Positions 50,101 through 59,700 of a stretch of DNA of 64,000 bases are shown in pieces. The notes beneath the pieces are model-generated. The model searched no databases. It was not told the DNA's origin and saw only the letters and a program-made list of their open reading frames with translations. Source of the DNA: a virus; IMG/VR virus record IMGVR_UViG_3300045988_034373, positions 64,001-128,000 of that record. The stretch is one strand, 5' to 3'. Positions within the stretch are counted from its first letter, which is position 1. Each line of letters starts with the position of its first letter. The translations under genes and the position numbers were made by a program.

Positions 50101-51970
50101 TGGATATGAGGAAGTATTCCCTAAGAGAAGTCCATATGCACCCCCAACTCCTACAGAGGTGTATATAGTACCAGAGGGAGCTATGAAAGACCCTAACGCA
50201 AGGTATCTATGGGAGCTTATTAATAAAAAACCTAATACTGCACATATTAAAAGAGATAGCCAACCTCATAAAGTTAAGTCTAAGAAGAAGAAAACTTCAA
50301 AGGATGATAAAGTCACTAAGAAGGCTGAGGGAGGAGTAGTTCAATTTCTACAAGATGGTAAGACTGTAGGTAGAATCAAAGCTAAAGATATGTCTGGTTG
50401 GGACAGAGCACAGGCTTTAGCTAACTATGATTGGATTGCTGATTATGATAGATGGGCATCACAACACGAAGGTCCAGATGATGCTACTGAGTCTTATATA
50501 ATATCATTCAATGGTGGTGAAGATATATATGACCAATTAACATCTAAGACTGGAGATTACTTCGGAGGTAAGTACAATTATTCAGTACAAGACCCATTAG
50601 CTAAACATAGACAGATTACTTTTAGAGGTACTAATCAAGGCTTTGATGATTTAATCAGAAAGGGTATTGTAGGTTATGGTACTACAGAAGGTAATTCTGG
50701 ATTTGATATATATGCTGGTGATAGAACTGGTAATAGAACACTTGCAAGAGGACTATCCGCAGAGGATGTAGCTCGCTTTAACAAGCAGTTAGCAACGAGA
50801 GGAATGGAACTCTATGATAAGGGCAATGGTGCTTATAGGTTAAGAAGATTACAACAAAAACCTACTGAATTACCAGAGGTTGTTGTAACTGCTGATGCAC
50901 CTAAAGCTCCTACGGCTACTAACCCTTCAGCTATTAATCCAGCTGCATCTAAGAAAGGTAAAGGCTTCAATCTTGGTGTAATGCCAGAAGATGTTATCGC
51001 GTTAGGTAGAATGGTAGGTGGATTAGCAGCTAATAACAAGGCAGCTAAATTATATAAGGAAGGTCTAAAACCAACTTTATTAGACACATTTGAGAATACT
51101 GTTCCACTACAAGGTAACTTCCAAGCAGTTACTAATGCTGAACAACAAGCAGGCAATTTAGAATCTGTAGCTGCAAGACCTAGAACTTCTGATGCTTCAT
51201 TGCAATTAGCAGGAGAGTTAGAAGCTAGTGATAGAGCGGGTCAAGCTAGATTCCAAGGTGGTCTACAGGATGCAGAAATGTTCTATAAGACCAGAATGTT
51301 AGGACAGCAAGAATCCGATGCAGCTAAGGCAAGAAGAGTTGATGTGGCTAATAGGAATAGGGCTTCAATGAATCAGATTGATGCAGCTAAGAAGCAAATT
51401 GATGCAGCTAGAGTTACATCTAATTATCAGAATGTTATTGCTCCTTACTTAGCTGGAGTTGAGAACCAATTCGCTCAGAAGAGAGCTATGAATCAACAGT
51501 TAGACATGGAAGAAGCTCAGAGAGAGGCTGAAAGGACTTATTCTCCAGAGTTTGATAGACTAACTAATGATTACAATACAGCCTATAAAGCTTATGGTGC
51601 TGCAAATAAGAATGATTACACTGGCTGGGAGACATCTAACGAGTATAAGTCGTTAATAAATAGAAGAAAGTCCCTTAACGATAATGTATCTCAATTCCTA
51701 TTGGATAGGAGAAGAGGAATTATGGGTTCTCCATATATGTTCCAAGTTAAGAGGAACTCTTCTACCAAGACTCCATATGTTAAGTCTGGAGGTAAGCTAA
51801 GTGCAGCTGACAGAGAGAAGTTACAAAGAGCAAGAGATTTTAATAAGAGATTGCTAGAGGACAATAAGCAGTTCCACAAAGATATTATGGAATCTAAGAG
51901 AGAACATAACAAGTTAATAATGTCTATGTCTTCTCTAACTTCTGAGTTAATAAAGAAAGCAATGTCATGA
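47180..51970 (+). CDS. giant protein (1596 aa) with Gly-zipper hydrophobic segment; probable virion/ejected protein
   Basis: Uninterrupted 4.8-kb ORF. A hydrophobic Gly-rich region lies at about 48730-49060 (IVADIGSIGAAYVPVYGTAVSAGLGIGSSL...GLAMNLGLDAVGLIPGLGTAA). The C-terminus is coiled-coil-like. Confidence 0.85.
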   Translation: MSQVIRKFENSGKIEQSKPELFERSGVGKYNKADLVAGLYRNIDTYIKNNNLSGDKAVSFRNSANQFIKGIESGTISMNGDGTFSDATGSMASSGKFDKNWIGRKKDTTNNAFNLVGDYALDYINQMQQYTEPAAKPKEKFNTNNFLTKEISKRWYGGNDIDFGNWFKNRGEQDRNALLGEIFNNADYNQLYQDYDWTDTGINSAEDLANRGRAFSTAISNNTLDNDDYNTFATLGGSGLDKFLKETSMEAAPTPEQDKMKTWEAEARAAGATTPEAIAAFVKGKQQDEEATNHAIIEQQAKRDSKMERDAFFNDYAVKNPFKETIQSGYTPSSVSYKPEDFDKTIRDFYNNNIDQYLNDNLSRDWFRAGNTQHIANHMDYLINHLKVNLPDAGDGFVAIPSTFDYNNYTTMVYNPTTRQYKESSMLVNDALRRLADVHYDSTRTPKRENGGVLYMQFGGTYSAGANYSNYQQQRAQEKKTKEEETVKQKAESKGRTVEEQQIADRKPGSITSGDWTGADYTRLASIVADIGSIGAAYVPVYGTAVSAGLGIGSSLANYGADLSENGFKLGDLGGLAMNLGLDAVGLIPGLGTAAKGSKMLKTAVKYIPKTLSLLAAYNYTGPAIESMKKAMSSDAELTVDDWRNIAEGFKLVLQGGKGIKRGYQAKNLKKDLATGNKVLTTLGGKEVSVTPAELSEIRSYRRIEDQQAALQLLKKDDNLQLAGDLNKRWFNPSRYLPNSNIRDEYDFNKTVKKRTSQGIIEVPRVYSNSDKYIAATMQRSTPQIPGIDELSVKYNDWKYGVKKPKAKAKGSKTSDTKPLLALPAPGQTHRVFTMGGGQPRVPQDVTNSSNLRKPGSYTDRAVPVGGTPVQSPDANAVRAVNTINSILEPFVPKSKNLPAVIPASRNAEKVVASQTVQPSQRLDQFIEGQIPGRRQYGRQRAKTEREYRDVFHPAAEREYNQVWDEAVRGRKDFGYEEVFPKRSPYAPPTPTEVYIVPEGAMKDPNARYLWELINKKPNTAHIKRDSQPHKVKSKKKKTSKDDKVTKKAEGGVVQFLQDGKTVGRIKAKDMSGWDRAQALANYDWIADYDRWASQHEGPDDATESYIISFNGGEDIYDQLTSKTGDYFGGKYNYSVQDPLAKHRQITFRGTNQGFDDLIRKGIVGYGTTEGNSGFDIYAGDRTGNRTLARGLSAEDVARFNKQLATRGMELYDKGNGAYRLRRLQQKPTELPEVVVTADAPKAPTATNPSAINPAASKKGKGFNLGVMPEDVIALGRMVGGLAANNKAAKLYKEGLKPTLLDTFENTVPLQGNFQAVTNAEQQAGNLESVAARPRTSDASLQLAGELEASDRAGQARFQGGLQDAEMFYKTRMLGQQESDAAKARRVDVANRNRASMNQIDAAKKQIDAARVTSNYQNVIAPYLAGVENQFAQKRAMNQQLDMEEAQREAERTYSPEFDRLTNDYNTAYKAYGAANKNDYTGWETSNEYKSLINRRKSLNDNVSQFLLDRRRGIMGSPYMFQVKRNSSTKTPYVKSGGKLSAADREKLQRARDFNKRLLEDNKQFHKDIMESKREHNKLIMSMSSLTSELIKKAMS

Positions 51971-53781
51971 GAATAACTTCAAATATAGATAAGCTACAAC
52001 AGGGTGGAGGTATTCCACCCTTTGTTAGCTATACTAATGTTCCAAGACCTCAACCCACTGCCCCTTATAGTACATCAGATACTAAACAAGCAGCTGGAGA
52101 AGAATCAGAAGGAGGGTTTGGTTTACTAGATAAGAACATGGTGAAGATGCTTTATGAGAAGGGCTTACCAAGTGATGTGGAGCAATTCTTAGACCAATCT
52201 GGGTTGTTCTCTGAATCCATAATGTCTAATCCATTTGAAAAGACAAACGGAGCTGCTCAGTATAAAGCATTATTAAAGATATTACCTAAGATAGCTATGA
52301 ATAAGGAAGAGTACAATAGAGCTATACAAGAAGCTACTAAGAATAATGCTCTTAAAGAAACAGCTATTGATACAGATGGCAGAGTATTTGCCATTAGCCC
52401 AGACGGACAAGTTACTAAGAAATTTATAAGCCAGTTAGAGGAAGGGGAACAGACTCTAACAGTTGGACAAATGGCTGAGAATAGAGCCTATAGTCAAGGT
52501 TTGGCATTTAACAGTAATGCTATTACAGCTATTGCTAACAGTACAAGCATTGAGCAAATAAATAAGACTATATGGGAAGCGATTAAGAATTTAGGTTCCA
52601 ATACAAGAGCCAATGAATACTTTAGGTCTAAGGACGAAAGGAAAGCTAAGGCTGGAATTGACAAACTATTGGAAGAAGGAGCTGATGGTGTTTATAAGAT
52701 TAACTCTAAGTCTATAACCCAAGATGCTCAAGCTAAATATGCTTTAAACTATATATTATCAACATTACCATCTAATCAGAAGGTGTTATTACAGGATTAT
52801 GCAAGAAAGTCTGGATTAGATTTGAAGACTGGTCCACTACAAATTATCACTAGTATGATACAATCTGGTATTAGTTCTACAGAAGAAATGGGAGTTAGTT
52901 ATGACAAACAAGCTACCAATGGTGCTAATACTGATGCAAATGGTAATAAGAAGACTAGGGCATTTGATATTCCTATGATGATTGTAACTGGTGATGGTCT
53001 TCCTAAAGAGAATGCCAGAATTAGCTTTGGAAGTAATTATGCTATTGATGTACAAGCACAAAGATTGCCATTCATTCCAGGTAGTGATGGCAAGCCTATT
53101 GGTCCGACTTCCTTAATGGGGGCTTTAAGTGGTCAGTTAGGTAGTGTAGTTAATAAAGATGCTGTACACGTTGGTAACCAAAGACTTGATGCTACTAAGC
53201 TAAATCAACTATACTACGATGGTACTGGAGTGTCTACAATGGAGTTACCTTATAAGTTGGATGAGAATGGACAAGCAGTTCCAGACTTTGATGTTATAGG
53301 TGCTTATAAGGCAGCTGTAGATGCAATCAATAAGGAAGGTAAGGATGTTACTAAGGCTCAAGTAAATCAAATATTCCAAGAACGAGGATTGAATAGATAT
53401 TTTAATGAAGATGGAAGTTTAAATAGGGATAACTTTATGAGGTTTGCTGGTATATCAGTTATTGGCGATGATGAAACCTTTGAACACCCTGATGATAACT
53501 CCGACTTCTTTATGCCTATTACTGATAATAGGTTGACAGCACAGATAAGTGCAACACTAGGTACTAAGTCAAACCCTATGGATATGGGAGACCTATACAG
53601 AACTATTGCTTATGTACCTATTTATGACTCTCCGAGTCTAGCAGGTGCAGCATCTGGTAACTTCTCATGGATTAAGGATGAGGGGGCTATGATGGAAATA
53701 GCAAAAGAACAGCAACTCCGTAACGCTAGACAGGCATATAACAACAATATAACTAAAAGTCAATTATTAAATGGACAATAA
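51967..53781 (+). CDS. large protein (604 aa), probable virion-associated
   Basis: ATGA overlap with the upstream gene. The N-terminus carries IDKLQQGGG. No enzymatic motif seen. Confidence 0.8.
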   Translation: MRITSNIDKLQQGGGIPPFVSYTNVPRPQPTAPYSTSDTKQAAGEESEGGFGLLDKNMVKMLYEKGLPSDVEQFLDQSGLFSESIMSNPFEKTNGAAQYKALLKILPKIAMNKEEYNRAIQEATKNNALKETAIDTDGRVFAISPDGQVTKKFISQLEEGEQTLTVGQMAENRAYSQGLAFNSNAITAIANSTSIEQINKTIWEAIKNLGSNTRANEYFRSKDERKAKAGIDKLLEEGADGVYKINSKSITQDAQAKYALNYILSTLPSNQKVLLQDYARKSGLDLKTGPLQIITSMIQSGISSTEEMGVSYDKQATNGANTDANGNKKTRAFDIPMMIVTGDGLPKENARISFGSNYAIDVQAQRLPFIPGSDGKPIGPTSLMGALSGQLGSVVNKDAVHVGNQRLDATKLNQLYYDGTGVSTMELPYKLDENGQAVPDFDVIGAYKAAVDAINKEGKDVTKAQVNQIFQERGLNRYFNEDGSLNRDNFMRFAGISVIGDDETFEHPDDNSDFFMPITDNRLTAQISATLGTKSNPMDMGDLYRTIAYVPIYDSPSLAGAASGNFSWIKDEGAMMEIAKEQQLRNARQAYNNNITKSQLLNGQ

Positions 53782-56700
53782 GAAGCCAAACGATTGGATG
53801 CTGAATGTGTTACAGAATCCCAGTTTCTCTTTATCTGATTTTAAAGCAGTAGGGATTGATGGTAATAACACTTCCATTGAAGATAGGGAAGTCTATGCTA
53901 ATAACAAGATTATACAATCAAATCCACAGTTCCAGGATAGTGATGGCAACTTCGACAATACAAAGTTTAACCAATTCTATGATGGAGCTTTACAGTCATA
54001 CCAACTATTAGCTAATAATACGTTTAATGAAACTGTAATGGATGAGGCTACCTTTGGCTTTAATAATATTTGGGCGCCTAAGGAGTCTAGCAAGAGAACT
54101 CAACCAGAGTTCCAAATCAATAGGACATTCAATCCTGACAGAAGGAAGATGGGAGTAGAGAAAGTAGGGTTCGTTAGTGATAGAACCCTTACTGCTGCTG
54201 AGATAGCCCAAACTCAGAAAGTATTTGACCCAGAGACGGGTGAGTGGGATGAGTCTCCTAATGATGCATGGCTTGGTAGGAATTGGTTCCAACCAGTAGC
54301 ACTAGCACAATGGGATTCAGATGATTACCACATTGACCCAGAAACTAATAGAAAGGTAAGACATAGAAAGGGTGAGTTGAAGTTAAATGAGGAAGGTACT
54401 TATTATTATGAGAAGTTAGGTAGTAGAGAACCTTATGGTAGACAATTATTATCTCCATTTGATGTTCTAACTACTGATGGCTCTAAAGCTAATAAGTATG
54501 ACTTCTTTGATTCTGATAGCTTAGATAAGAGTGTATTTGGAAGTATAATGAAGAATACATTCAAGATTGCTCCTATGTTCGTACCTTATGTAGGTCCAGT
54601 ATACATTGGGCTAGGTATTGCTAATGAACTAGCTAAGGTATTACCTATTATATATAAGACTACATTCGGATTAGCTGGGGCATCTACTGACTGGGCTAAT
54701 AAGTTAGAAGGATTTGCATACTCTATGGATAGTGGAACATCTGAATATGCTAAGCAACATCCTTGGGCAGCAGAGAATATTCTTAACATGGTTGGTGATG
54801 TAGCTAAACAACTATATGAACAAAGGTGGATATTTACTAATGCTCCGAGACTATTCAAGTCCTATGGCATATCATCTAAGAATGGTACTCCATCAGAATT
54901 AGATAAGCAAATTGCTAAGTTAGCCGAGGAATATACTCAGACTGCTGTTAAGGACATTCCTAAGGTATTAAAGTCCTTAGAGGCTACTGGTAGTCTTGAT
55001 ATTATACAGAAGGAAGCTTTAGCTAAAGCTACTATATGGGGACAGAATTATATGAAGAGTTACGAGAACTGGGGTAAACACTTATCTCGTCTTTACATGA
55101 CTGGTACAGCTTCATATAACGCCTTTAGTGATGCTAAGGAAGAAGGGGCAAGTGATGAACAAGCCGCTGCTGTATTCTGGGGATATATGGCTGGAATGTA
55201 TGCTTTAATGTCTACCGATATTGGAGAACACGTACTTCCAGAATTGAGAATGGATAAAGCTCAAATTAGAAAACTTATCCAAGATGTAAGCCAACAAGCC
55301 AAGCAGAGTATATCTACTAATGCTATTAAAGCCGAGTCTAAAGAAGCAAGTAAGAATATATTTGCTAAGTTGTTTAATAGTGCTAAATCATTTGCGCAGA
55401 ACAACTATAAAGCTATTGCTGATGGTTCTACTTCTATCATGTCTAATGCTCTTGCAGAAGGTGTGGAAGAAGTATCGGAAGAAGTATTATATGATGTTAC
55501 TAAAGCAACATTTAATGCTATCTCATATTTCACTGGTAACGAAAGAAGACTATCTGCATTTAATGATATGGCTTCTCGTTATAGTATGTCATTCTTTGGA
55601 GGTGCTATCGGTGGTGGTATGTTCCAAGGTATAAATGACATTAAGATTAGAAAGTCCTACGATTCTAGTAATATGCAAGCTAATCAGGAACTTATCTACT
55701 TAATCAGACAAGGTCGAGGTGAAGAGATTTACAAGGCTTTGGAAGATATGAAGAAGAAGGGAGTTCTTGGTGATAAGAACCTATCTGCAACTAAGGTTGA
55801 CAAGGTAGATGATAAGTATGTATATCAACAAGGAACTGACAAAGATAACCAAAATGATGCTATATATAGTCTGATGAAAGATTATGTTAGCAACATAGAA
55901 CAAGTTCTATCTGTAGAGGGAATGAAGCTATCTGATGCTTCTCTGTTAGATAAGCAAATGCTATCAGAGTTAAGGTATCAAGAGTTATTTAAGAATGCAC
56001 CTTCTACTGGTAAAATCCTACAAGACTTCAATAATCTTGCTGATAGGTTCTTAACCTTACATAGTAAGATTGATGAAATCAATGCTACCTATTCTGATGA
56101 GAATGGTAAGAAGAGTAAGGAGTATGCTGATGCTATGGCTGCTGTTCAACAGCAAATAGACGATGCTAAGAAAGAACAATATGAGTTCTTGCATACTGGT
56201 ATGAGAGGTAAGTACTTGGGAATGATGATGTTCTCAGCTAACCCTGTAATCAGTAAGCCATTCATTGATATGAACTTTAGAATGTATGCAGAGTCTAAAT
56301 ATAATAAGGACTTTGAATTACTATCTGAAGATGATATAGCTAAAGCTAAGGAGGATTACAACAACTACTTACAATATGATGCCAATTCTAAATTAGATAT
56401 GGCTTACGGTGTATTCCGTAATATGAATGAGAAGCTATCTCCTATCTTCCAGGAAACTGGAGAGTTGGGCTATAAGCAATATGCACAACTAAAGAGGAAT
56501 TTCTACAATGCCTCTATGTCTTTAACTGGTGCTGATGGTGTTGCTAAACCTACAACTATATCTGATATACTTGGTGGCATGTTCGGTAATAAGAATGCTA
56601 CTGACGAGGATATACTTGAAATGGCTGAGAACCTAAAGAAGCCTAGAATAAAGGAAGCTAAAGAACATCCATTTGATGAAATATCAAGGTTCTTATCCTA

Positions 56701-59700
56701 TTCTATGCCCACAGTTGATGGAAGTGCAATCTCTAATGGTGCTATACTTGTAAGACAGCTGAACCAAGCTGCTGATGTATTCATGGCAAATGGTTATATT
56801 GACAAGGAGGTTGCTGATTCTATGAGGAAGCTAGTTGACCAAATTGTAACTGTAAATAGGGATATATATCACTGCGATATGGAAGATGCCTATTATGATG
56901 TGAGTGATGAGGCTGGAGATGCAATCCGTAACTGGGTTGACCAAGACTTGACTGTAGCTAATATAAAGGAGAAAACCCAAGAGTTAGTTGAGAAGTTGAA
57001 GTCTATCGAAGGTCTTAATGATGCACAGCAGAATATGTTGAACACCATCATTGATGATATTAAGAGACAAAGTAACTCAACACTTGCTCAGAACCTTCCA
57101 ATTCTTAATGATGCTAATGCTTTACTAAAGAAGCTTGATACTGCAAAGACTAATCCATTATATGATGTCCTATCTAAGATAGGTGTTAATGTAATTGGTA
57201 AAAAGACTAATGTGTTTGACCTATTACAGGAAATTGAGCAACAGTTCAATGAAGTGCATATCTCTGACTTTGCATTAGATAACAAGCTAAAGCAAGAACA
57301 AATAAAGGATGCAAGGAAGATTCTATCAGCAGCTAGGTCTGTTATATATGCTTCTCAATACGATAACTTGGATGCATCTAATCCATTTGGATTTAATGTT
57401 ACTCTAAAGGAGTTCTACCAAAAGAATGGTATTGAGGATGCTCCCGAACTTGGAATAATTGATTCTGAGATTGCTACTATAATGAATAGGGACTTAGATA
57501 GAATTGAAAGTAAGTTAGACTTTATCGAAAGACTATCTAACCTTAATAAGGAGTCTCAGTTAAAGGAGCAAAGAAGAACATCAGTTAATATGAACTATCT
57601 ATTCTATGATGTTGTTGGTGATGAGAATAGTTTCCTATACACCAAGATGGTTGATGGTCAACCTCAACTAAAGGGAATTGATGGTGAAGTATTACTAAAT
57701 GATAAAGTAAGGGAGGCTATTAATAATGCTACTACTCTAAGGCAGTTTACTGAAGACCAAGACAGAACGTTGGATGTGTCTGATGAGGATTACATATCAA
57801 TGGAGAAGGAAAGAGTACTTATTGAGGATGCTCTTTATGATAGGTTCCAAGAAATATCCCATGGTAAAGACCAAGTAGAGGCTATTAAGTCTATCTTATT
57901 TGACGGTGGATTATCTTACGAAGGTATTGCAAAAGGTAGTGAAGGTATTAGGTCAGTTACTAAGAGTCTTAGTGATTCAGAGAAGCTAGCCTATGCAAGT
58001 GGTATCTTAGGAATTAAGAGTTCAGACTTCTTATCTCAATACTATACCGTTATTAAGAGTGATACATCTAAGTTAGCTCCTATAGCTACTCAAGAATTTG
58101 CTGCAAGAATAGCTTACACATTAGCTTCTAACAGAGGGTTCATTAACAATGTAGTTAAAGCTGCTGACATTCCCAATAACTTTGGTAGTACTGCTCTATT
58201 AAATACAGTATTTATTGAAGGTGTTCCTGGTGCTGGTAAGACTAAAGCTGTTGTTAAGATAGTGTATCAAATGCTTAAAGCATCTAATCCTAATGTTAAA
58301 ACATGGACTGCTGGTCCTCGTCAAAAGCAAAGTGATAACTTAGCTGGAGAAATTGGTGCTGAACATAACACATCATTCACCAAAGAAACATTATTTACTA
58401 AACTTGGAATATCTCCCGAATATGTAAATGATGTTAATAACATAAGGATTGTAGTGTCTTCATCTAATAAGAAATCTGTAGAGATTGTTGGACTTGATGA
58501 GAGAGAGTACAGTAAGGATGATTTACCATCAGTATTATTCATTGATGAAGCTACCCACTTTACTAATGGTGAATTGCAGGTAATCTCCGACTTCGCTGCT
58601 AAGAATAATGTAGCTGTAATAATGTTGGGAGATACTGAGCAAAGTGGTAAGAATCAACTATGGAAAGTAAAAGACGGTAATAATGAAGTGCCAGTTTACA
58701 ACTCGTTTGTATCTACATTTAGCATCTCTTCTCCTAAGCTAACAGTTTCAATGAGAGCATCTAATACTAATAAGAGAGACAATCTTAATAATATTAGGTC
58801 TTTAATGGAACCTCTTAGAGCTACTAACACTGACATGGCAGTTAGTGAGAAGTGGTCATTCTTGAGTAACAATCTTGAGGTAAAATATACACAAGATGAA
58901 TCTGGAATACATGGAGAGAAGGTACAAGCAAGTTTAGATTCTAGTGATTTAGACTTAATGCTATCTACTCTTAAAGAGGGAGAAACAATAGGATATATCT
59001 ATGATAATACTGAGTCTGATACTTATAAGATGCTTAATTCGTTACCTTCTGAAAAGAAGGATAAGATAGAGTTCTTTACCGAGGAATCAGCACAAGGTAG
59101 TGAAGCTAAATACTTCATTGTAGATATTGATTGGAGTAAGAAGAGGTCTGCTGGTAGTGAAACAGCTGAATCTAGTATAGAAGTATCTAACTTCATTAAG
59201 AGCCTTTACACTATTGCTACTCGTTCAGAAGAAGGTACTGTTATCATTAACAACTATCTAACTGAAGTAGCAGGTCAGAATGCCTTTATTGAGAGTGATT
59301 ATAATGCTCCTACGTCTTATACTGATGAATCTCTTGCAGATTATAAGGAAAAGAGACTAAGAGCTTTAGAAGAAATTCTTAAAGGTTATACTCCATCTAA
59401 TCCAGCCATAGCTCCTGTAGTTCCAGGTGGTCAGCCTGTTACTGATAAGCCAGCTATAGTACCTAAACTAAAAGAAGGTGCTTGGATTCAAATGAATGAT
59501 GGTAGTAAATGGCGTATCATGTCAGTAGAAGAGACTGAATATGTTATTGCATCTCAAGACAAGACAGAATATCTTAGACAGCCTATAGAGCAGGTAGATG
59601 CTATGTTAGGTGTTTCAGTCCATCTAACTACTGAACCTACTAAGCCAGCTATATTACCCGAAGGTGGTAAAAGACCCGATTTACAGCAAGTCTTAATTGA

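Noticed and set aside
12819-55634. Nested + strand ORFs in alternative frames (12819-13034, 24491-24685, 35880-36077, 48483-48689, 49959-50168, 55320-55634).
   Set aside because: They are embedded out of frame in genes with clear motifs (helicase, polA, giant proteins). Their sequences are Leu/Lys/Arg-rich, as expected of AT-rich off-frame translation. I found no independent support.
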